Assembly (NCBI GenBank): GCA_964608575.1
Contig: CAZSPW010000003.1
Coordinates: 1 to 35,018 of the forward strand
Direction of reading: 5' to 3'
Length of the DNA: 35,018 nucleotides
DNA from: an uncultured Burkholderiaceae bacterium
GTDB taxonomy: Bacteria > Pseudomonadota > Gammaproteobacteria > Burkholderiales > Burkholderiaceae_C
Shown here in pieces: positions 29,347-35,018 of this stretch (position 1 is the first letter of the stretch; every line of letters starts with the position of its first letter). A program made the position numbers and the translations under genes. The notes below the pieces were generated by a model. It saw nothing but the letters and a program-made list of their open reading frames with translations, made no database searches and was not told the DNA's origin.

Positions 29347-29388
29347 TCTTAGCTATGCCGTTTAGCCATGCCCTGATCGGGCATCGGG

Positions 29389-30384
29389 CTATTTGCCTGC
29401 GAGATTTTTGCGCAGCTGCTCTAGACTGACGACGCTTTCGCCGCTTGCTGTGTGTGTCATGGCGGGTTTAAAGGCGTGGCCGTAGATGACTTCTATCGGC
29501 AGGTGAATGCGGCCATCGCTGCTGCGCATGGCTGCTAATTCGGCCTGCAATTGCGCCAGCCATGTGCGGCCGCGTAATGCGGCAAAGCGATTGGGGTTGA
29601 GGTTGCGCCCAAGCTCGCGTAATTCAGTTAGCAGGGCTTGCGGTGAGGAGTAGGTCAGTGTCAGCTGTTCGACTTCCATCACGGGGGTGGCGAAACCCGT
29701 GGTGACCAGTGCATCGCCCCAATCATGCATATCGACCAAGCGCTGCACTGGTGCTGGCCAGCCCATGCGGGTGTAAATCTGTTGCAGGGGTTTGAGGGTG
29801 TCAGGCCCTAAACAGCTGAAGAACAATACCCCACCTGTTGCCAAACTTTGGTGCCACGCTTGCATTAATTGTGTTGCGTTGGGGCTGCCATGCAGCAGCA
29901 TATTAGCGACTAGGACTTGTACGCTCTGCGGAGCTGGTGCAAAGGCTTGTGGCGCTGGCAGGTGGCTTGTATGCGCGGATGCTTTTTTGCCTGGCCAAAG
30001 CTGCTGTAGCCACTGTTTACCTTGATTTTTAAGGGTGTTTTTGCGGTTTTTTTCCGTTAAATCTGCCTGAGCAGCTCCTGAAATAATAGCTTGAGTTGTT
30101 GTTGTAGTTTGCCCTGTGGGGGCGTAACAAGTGGCAGACGGCCAGCGTGCAGCCAATGACTGCTGCAATTGCTGCCCACCGCTGGGGAAATGCCAGTTAG
30201 CCCAAGCGTCAATGGCAGGCAGCTGCACCAAATCAATTCGCTCTTGCAGGCGTTGACCCACTTCCTCGTGCAGCCAAGGGGCTTGTTCTTGCATCATTAA
30301 CAGCTTAGCCCAGCGCCGTGCCGCGCGCTGATCCAAGCTCGGTTGGGCTAGGGGCTGATGTGGGTCAGGTGGGGGCAGTAGCAT
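29389..30384 (-). CDS. BioC-like class I methyltransferase-fold protein (divergent, no recognisable GxGxG motif)
   Basis: The start is taken as ATG at 30384, overlapping the pgpA stop (TGATG); the track ORF extends to 30429. VLVANMLLH and GGVLFFSCLGPDTLKPL resemble BioC-type post-motif I blocks. I see no canonical SAM-binding GxGxG. Repeat copy 5 is embedded in this ORF. Confidence 0.6.
   Translation of the reverse strand: MLLPPPDPHQPLAQPSLDQRAARRWAKLLMMQEQAPWLHEEVGQRLQERIDLVQLPAIDAWANWHFPSGGQQLQQSLAARWPSATCYAPTGQTTTTTQAIISGAAQADLTEKNRKNTLKNQGKQWLQQLWPGKKASAHTSHLPAPQAFAPAPQSVQVLVANMLLHGSPNATQLMQAWHQSLATGGVLFFSCLGPDTLKPLQQIYTRMGWPAPVQRLVDMHDWGDALVTTGFATPVMEVEQLTLTYSSPQALLTELRELGRNLNPNRFAALRGRTWLAQLQAELAAMRSSDGRIHLPIEVIYGHAFKPAMTHTASGESVVSLEQLRKNLAGK
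30026..30084 (+). repeat. Interspersed repeat, copy 5 (inside a coding region, antisense to it)
   Basis: GCGGTTTTTTTCCGTTAAATCTGCCTGAGCAGCTCCTGAAAT (30043-30084), plus an upstream GTGTTTTT arm like copy 4. The exact 14-nt core is CTGCCTGAGCAGCT. On the minus strand it is read in frame as SGAAQADLTEKNRKNTLKN. Confidence 0.65.
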
Positions 30385-30917
30385 CACGCCATCCAGCGTT
30401 GTGTGATCGCCAAGACGACAAGGGTGCACAGAGCGGCGACTAAGTCATCAAAAATAATGCCAAAGCCACCGCGCCAGCCAGCACCTTTGAAAGCGCTGTC
30501 GGCCCAGCGCACAGGCTGGGGTTTGGCCGCATCGAAAAAGCGAAACAGGACAAAAGCCCATAACTGCATCCAAAAACCTGCGGGCATGAGAAAAACCAGA
30601 ATCAACCAGAAAGCCAGAATTTCATCCCACACGATACAGCCAGGATCAGCTAGGCCTAAATCCTGCGCCGTGCGTGTGCACGCCCACCAGCCTATGGCAA
30701 AACCCAAGACCAAAAGCAACGCCCATGCAAAAGGGGAGAGCCAAAGTTGTAAGACTAAAAAACTGGCCCAAGCCCATAGCGTGCCGACAGTGCCAGGAGC
30801 GAAGCGCGCAAGGCCAGAGCCTGCGCCCAGGGCAATCCAACGACTGAGCTTGGGGCGCATAAATGCAAAGTTAAGGCCTGCGGTTGTTGCCGGCGTGCTG
30901 GATGGGGAGTCAGGCAT
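30384..30917 (-). CDS. pgpA: Phosphatidylglycerophosphatase A
   Basis: Internal ATG at 30917 of track ORF 30384-31277, giving 177 aa. IALGAGSGLARFAPGTVGTLWA, VWDEILAFW and FRFFDAAKPQPVRWAD are PgpA signatures. The upstream 120 codons of the track ORF are basic and low-complexity, so probably non-coding. Confidence 0.85.
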   Translation of the reverse strand: MPDSPSSTPATTAGLNFAFMRPKLSRWIALGAGSGLARFAPGTVGTLWAWASFLVLQLWLSPFAWALLLVLGFAIGWWACTRTAQDLGLADPGCIVWDEILAFWLILVFLMPAGFWMQLWAFVLFRFFDAAKPQPVRWADSAFKGAGWRGGFGIIFDDLVAALCTLVVLAITQRWMA

Positions 30918-31242
30918 GGTATCGGTTGATGCGTAACTAGGGCTAGCTAGGCGCTGATGCGGTTTAGGCCGCGGCGTTTGTGGTGTTTTGGCGCTATCGG
31001 GATAAACACCGAGGTGATTGTAGCTAGCGATAGCTAGGCGGCCATTTTGCACGGATTTCTGGGTGTTTGCGCGGCAAAAGCGCCGCTTGGCCGCATGGTG
31101 CTTGCTTGCGTGTGGAGCGAGGCCGCAACGACGCGCTTGAAGCCTGAGTCGTGGCGCAAAAAAGAAAAATTTATGCCGCGTGTTCTTACATATAAAGCTA
31201 GGGTCGGGCTTTTTTGTTGCTTGCTTGCCGACAGCCTCGTGT

Positions 31243-31258
31243 ACACTACCCATAGTGT
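31243..31258 (+). promoter_or_regulatory. NrdR box 1
   Basis: ACACTACCCATAGTGT, a 16-bp near-palindrome matching the NrdR operator consensus (acaCwAtATaTwGtgt). It lies upstream of nrdA. Confidence 0.7.
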
Positions 31259-31273
31259 TTTTTAGTGCAGCAG

Positions 31274-31289
31274 ACACTACCTATAGCGT
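31274..31289 (+). promoter_or_regulatory. NrdR box 2
   Basis: ACACTACCTATAGCGT, 31 bp (about three helical turns) downstream of box 1. That is the usual tandem NrdR-box spacing. Confidence 0.7.
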
Positions 31290-31312
31290 TTATGTGTAAA
31301 TGAAATGCTAGC

Positions 31313-31350
31313 AGGCTGGCCTCGACCAGCCTTGATTTTTGCCTTTTTCG
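31313..31350 (+). terminator. Terminator-like hairpin in the nrdA leader
   Basis: 7-bp stem AGGCTGG / CCAGCCT with loop CCTCGA, followed by TGATTTTTGCCTTTTT. It lies between the NrdR boxes and the nrdA ATG at 31422. Confidence 0.4.
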
Positions 31351-31421
31351 GCCCCCTTCATATTCAAGCCGTTTTAGCGGCTTTGTTCGGGGCAATTGTG
31401 GTGTAACGGACGACAAATATC

Positions 31422-34304
31422 ATGCAAACAATAGATTTCGCTTCTCCATCTTCTTCAATACCAGTTGCCGCGTGGGCAGACCCGGCGGTGCTGGCGCAAT
31501 ACCAAATTTTGCGTCGCAACGGCGCTGTGGTGGCGTTTGAGCCGAGCAAAATTGCTGTGGCCATGATGAAGGCTTTTTTGGCTGTGCATGGTACACAGGG
31601 TGCGGCTTCTAGTGGTGTGCGTGAGACAGTGGAGGGCTTGACCGCTGGTGTGGTGCGCGCTTTGATGCGCTCGCGCCCAGGCGGAGGCACTTTCCATATT
31701 GAAGATGTACAAGACCAAGTGGAGTTGGGGCTGATGCGGTCAGGGCATCATGAAGTGGCGCGAGCATATGTACTCTATCGTGAGCGCCGCGCTCAGGAGC
31801 GCGCAGCACAAGGGCAAACGGCTGCGGCCAATGCGGTGCATAGTGGCGTGCATGTGGTCGATGGTAACGAAAAACGCCTTCTGAATGAACAGCGCCTCTT
31901 GGCCCTAATCGAATCGGCTTGTGCTGGCCTGGGCAATGATGTGCGGGCTGAACCTATCGTTAATGAAACCTTGCGTAATATCTACGACGGTATTCCTTTG
32001 GCTGAGGTGCATAAGGCTTCTATCTTGGCTGCGCGTACCCTCATCGAGAAAGACCCAGGCTACACCTATGCTACAGCGCGTTTGCTGCTGCATACGATTC
32101 GCCGTGAAATCGTAGGTCGCGATATCAGTCAGGATGAAATGGCACTGGAGTACCCCAATTACTTTGCCAGCTATATTGCAAAAGGGATAGGCGCTGGCTT
32201 ACTCGATGAAAAATTGGGGCAGTTTGATTTGGCTCGCCTAGGTGCTGCACTCAAACCTGAGCGCGATTTGCAGTTTGATTACTTGGGTTTGCAAACTCTA
32301 TACGACCGCTATTTCATTCACATCAAAAAGCAGCGCATTGAAATGCCACAAGCCTTTTTCATGCGCGTAGCCATGGGGCTGGCCTTGAATGAAAAAGATC
32401 GTGAAGCTTGTGCCATAGAGTTCTATGAAGTGTTGTCGTCTTTCGACTTTATGAGTTCGACGCCTACGCTTTTCAATAGCGGTACACAGCGCCCGCAACT
32501 CTCTTCTTGCTACCTCACTACTGTGCCTGACGATTTGGATGGCATTTATGAGTCCATCAAAGAAAACGCGCTACTGTCCAAGTTTGCAGGCGGATTGGGC
32601 AATGACTGGACGCGTGTGCGCGCTATGGGCAGCCATATCAAAGGCACTAATGGTGAATCGCAGGGAGTTGTACCTTTCCTGAAGGTGGTCAATGACACTG
32701 CAGTGGCGGTCAATCAAGGCGGTAAGCGTAAGGGTGCAGTTTGTACTTATTTAGAAACTTGGCACTTAGATATAGAAGAGTTTTTAGAGTTGCGTAAAAA
32801 CACAGGCGATGACCGTCGCCGTACGCACGATATGAATACCGCCAACTGGGTGCCAGATTTGTTTATGCGCCGCGTCATGGAGAAGGGGCAGTGGACACTG
32901 TTTTCCCCCTCTGATGTGCCTGATCTGCATGATTTATATGGTGCAGAGTTCGAGCGCGCTTATACGGCTTATGAAGCCAAAGCTGCGCGTGGTGAAATTC
33001 AACCGTCCAAGCAAGTTGCTGCAACCGATTTGTGGCGAAAAATGTTATCCATGTTGTTTGAAACGGGGCATCCTTGGATTACTTTTAAAGATCCCTGCAA
33101 CATCCGTAGCCCGCAACAACATGCTGGTGTCGTGCACTCGTCCAATTTGTGTACCGAAATCACACTCAATACCAGTGATGAAGAAACAGCCGTCTGTAAT
33201 TTGGGGTCCGTGAATTTGCTGCGCCACTTGAAAGATGGCAAATTGGATCAGGTCAAGCTGCAAAAAACCATCAGCACAGCCATGCGCATGCTCGACAATG
33301 TGATCGACATTAATTACTACGCGGTGAAAAAAGCACGCGAATCTAATATGCGCCATCGCCCGGTTGGGCTCGGCATCATGGCGTTTCAAGATACGCTACA
33401 GCAATTGCGTATTCCTTATGCGAGTCAGGCTGCCGTGGAGTTTGCAGACGAATCTATGGAAATGGTTTGTTACTACGCATACTGGGCATCGAGCGAGTTG
33501 GCAAAAGAGCGTGGCGTGTACTCTACCTACAAAGGCTCGCTCTGGGATCGAGGTATCTTGCCTTTGGATTCGATCGATATGCTTGCCCAAGCTCGAGGTG
33601 GCTATTTAGAAGTTGATCGTAGCCAGCGCCTGGACTGGCAGTCTTTGCGCCAAAAAATTGCGCAAGACGGCATGCGTAATTCCAATTGCGTGGCGATTGC
33701 GCCAACTGCGACTATCTCTAATATCGTTGGTGTTGATGCATCAATAGAGCCGAGCTTTGGTAATTTGGCAGTCAAGTCGAATTTGTCGGGTGAGTTCACC
33801 GTGATCAACCAATACTTGGTGCATGACCTTAAGCGTCTAGGCTTGTGGGACGATGTCATGATCATGGATCTCAAACACTTTGACGGATCACTCTTGCCTA
33901 TCGACCGTATTCCGCAAGACCTCAAAGCCTTGTACGCTACTGCGTTTGAAATTGACGCGAGCTGGCTGGTTGAAGCAGCTGCACGGCGCCAAAAATGGAT
34001 AGATCAAGCACAGTCATTGAACATTTATATTTCTGGCGTATCAGGTAAAAAACTGGATGACACTTATAAATTGGCTTGGCTGCGTGGATTGAAAACCACA
34101 TACTACTTGCGTAGCCGTAGTGCTACACACGCAGAAAAATCTACGGTTGGCACGGGGCAGCTTAATGCGGTAGCTAGTTCCGTTGAAGCAGCCAATGCTA
34201 TTGAAAAGATAGCTGTTCAGGCGCAGTCTGAAATGGCTAGCGTGCCAGCGACCGACATCAAGTTTTGTGCAATTGACGATCCAGGCTGTGAGGCTTGTCA
34301 GTAA
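31422..34304 (+). CDS. nrdA: Ribonucleoside-diphosphate reductase alpha subunit (class Ia)
   Basis: 960 aa. It has N-terminal ATP-cone-like segments and the catalytic blocks SSCYLTTVPDDLDGIYESIKE, NLCTEI and a C-terminal redox Cys pair (DDPGCEACQ). Confidence 0.95.
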   Translation: MQTIDFASPSSSIPVAAWADPAVLAQYQILRRNGAVVAFEPSKIAVAMMKAFLAVHGTQGAASSGVRETVEGLTAGVVRALMRSRPGGGTFHIEDVQDQVELGLMRSGHHEVARAYVLYRERRAQERAAQGQTAAANAVHSGVHVVDGNEKRLLNEQRLLALIESACAGLGNDVRAEPIVNETLRNIYDGIPLAEVHKASILAARTLIEKDPGYTYATARLLLHTIRREIVGRDISQDEMALEYPNYFASYIAKGIGAGLLDEKLGQFDLARLGAALKPERDLQFDYLGLQTLYDRYFIHIKKQRIEMPQAFFMRVAMGLALNEKDREACAIEFYEVLSSFDFMSSTPTLFNSGTQRPQLSSCYLTTVPDDLDGIYESIKENALLSKFAGGLGNDWTRVRAMGSHIKGTNGESQGVVPFLKVVNDTAVAVNQGGKRKGAVCTYLETWHLDIEEFLELRKNTGDDRRRTHDMNTANWVPDLFMRRVMEKGQWTLFSPSDVPDLHDLYGAEFERAYTAYEAKAARGEIQPSKQVAATDLWRKMLSMLFETGHPWITFKDPCNIRSPQQHAGVVHSSNLCTEITLNTSDEETAVCNLGSVNLLRHLKDGKLDQVKLQKTISTAMRMLDNVIDINYYAVKKARESNMRHRPVGLGIMAFQDTLQQLRIPYASQAAVEFADESMEMVCYYAYWASSELAKERGVYSTYKGSLWDRGILPLDSIDMLAQARGGYLEVDRSQRLDWQSLRQKIAQDGMRNSNCVAIAPTATISNIVGVDASIEPSFGNLAVKSNLSGEFTVINQYLVHDLKRLGLWDDVMIMDLKHFDGSLLPIDRIPQDLKALYATAFEIDASWLVEAAARRQKWIDQAQSLNIYISGVSGKKLDDTYKLAWLRGLKTTYYLRSRSATHAEKSTVGTGQLNAVASSVEAANAIEKIAVQAQSEMASVPATDIKFCAIDDPGCEACQ

Positions 34305-34444
34305 AAGGGTAAATACATCGGTTTTTTTTGCAGCCCTATCGTATGGCACACGGCTAGGAAAAAAATTCCGATCAGCGTGTAAAAGCAAAAATCGCTTTGC
34401 ATTTTTTTTTCTTATTCACATAATCGACTAGAGGCAAAAATATC

Positions 34445-35018
34445 ATGTTGAGCTGGGACGAAAAAGTCACATCAGTACCAATCCAAAACCTCGGTACTAC
34501 TCCCCCGAACGCAGCGCCCTCCCTTGCTGGAGCGCCTGTGGCGCAGCCGTCACTGCAAACCACACCATCTGCAAGCGCTTCTGTTGCTGCCCAAGCCCAA
34601 TCTACCCGCCGCGTGAATGTTGCTGATAAGCGCATCATTAATGGCCAGACTGATGTCAATCAGCTCGTGCCTTTCAAATATAAATGGGCCTGGGAAAAAT
34701 ACTTGGCGACATGCGCTAACCATTGGATGCCGCAAGAAATCAATATGACGCGGGATATTGCCCTTTGGAAAGACCCCAATGGCCTGACTGAAGATGAGCG
34801 TCGTATCGTGAAGCGCAATCTGGGCTTTTTTGTGACTGCAGACTCTTTGGCCGCTAACAATATTGTGTTGGGTACTTATCGCCACATCACAGCGCCTGAG
34901 TGCCGCCAATTCTTGTTGCGCCAAGCCTTTGAAGAGGCAATCCATACGCATGCCTACCAATACATTGTGGAATCTTTAGGCTTGGATGAGGGGGAAATTT
35001 TCAACGCTTATCACGAGG
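34445..35018 (+). CDS. nrdB: Ribonucleoside-diphosphate reductase beta subunit (5' part, truncated by the window end)
   Basis: Absent from the ORF track because no stop occurs before the window ends. ATG at 34445 opens a frame that stays open to 35018. It translates MLSWDEKV...[47 protein letters not shown]...[19 protein letters not shown]. This is typical R2 with iron-ligand helix EEAIHTHAY. Confidence 0.9.
   Translation, partial: MLSWDEKVTSVPIQNLGTTPPNAAPSLAGAPVAQPSLQTTPSASASVAAQAQSTRRVNVADKRIINGQTDVNQLVPFKYKWAWEKYLATCANHWMPQEINMTRDIALWKDPNGLTEDERRIVKRNLGFFVTADSLAANNIVLGTYRHITAPECRQFLLRQAFEEAIHTHAYQYIVESLGLDEGEIFNAYHE

Noticed and set aside
30945-31040. Two copies of AGCTAGGCG 87 bp apart, plus TAGCTA direct repeats, in the pgpA-nrdA intergenic region.
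   Set aside because: Repeats of 9 nt are expected by chance in 35 kb. There is no extended similarity around them.
30918-31277. 120-codon N-terminal extension of the pgpA ORF in the track.
   Set aside because: The extension is basic and low-complexity (KKPDPSFICKNTRHKFFFFAPRLRLQARR) and would run through the NrdR operator region. ATG at 30917 gives a PgpA of normal length. Similar over-extensions were trimmed at 765-983 (yidD), 14204-14233, 16110-16205, 17649-17684 and 19074-19094.

Overview
This 35 kb window looks like betaproteobacterial chromosome, Burkholderiales or Comamonadaceae-like. That placement rests only on remembered protein resemblance and is inference. Most of it is core genes: rpmH-rnpA-yidD-yidC, argC, sucCD, rplKAJL-rpoBC, pgpA and nrdA, plus the 5' part of nrdB, which is cut by the window end.

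Three things are not ordinary housekeeping:
1. A tight five-gene minus-strand signalling operon at 3188-10498. In transcription order it encodes a CHASE2-Ser/Thr kinase, a PP2C phosphatase, a two-domain FHA protein, a CHASE2-class III adenylate cyclase and a class II-type cyclic-nucleotide phosphodiesterase. The block is bracketed by inverted copies of a short repeat.
2. A translationally coupled three-gene cassette at 14234-17528: a GtrB/ArnC-like GT2, an MprF-flippase-like UPF0104 membrane protein and an FAD oxidoreductase. It sits where secE-nusG normally precede rplK.
3. A family of about 40-55 bp interspersed repeats with core CTGCCTGAG(C/T)AGCT and five clear copies. Four lie just downstream of transcription units. 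One is embedded in frame, antisense, inside a BioC-like ORF.

Also seen: tandem NrdR boxes upstream of nrdA followed by a terminator-like leader hairpin, and an in-frame extra segment (net +13 aa versus the 388-aa norm) in the glycine-rich loop of SucC.

I saw no rRNA, tRNA, CRISPR array, transposase, integrase or recognisable defence genes. All product calls rest on motif recognition by eye; no HMM or BLAST search was run.
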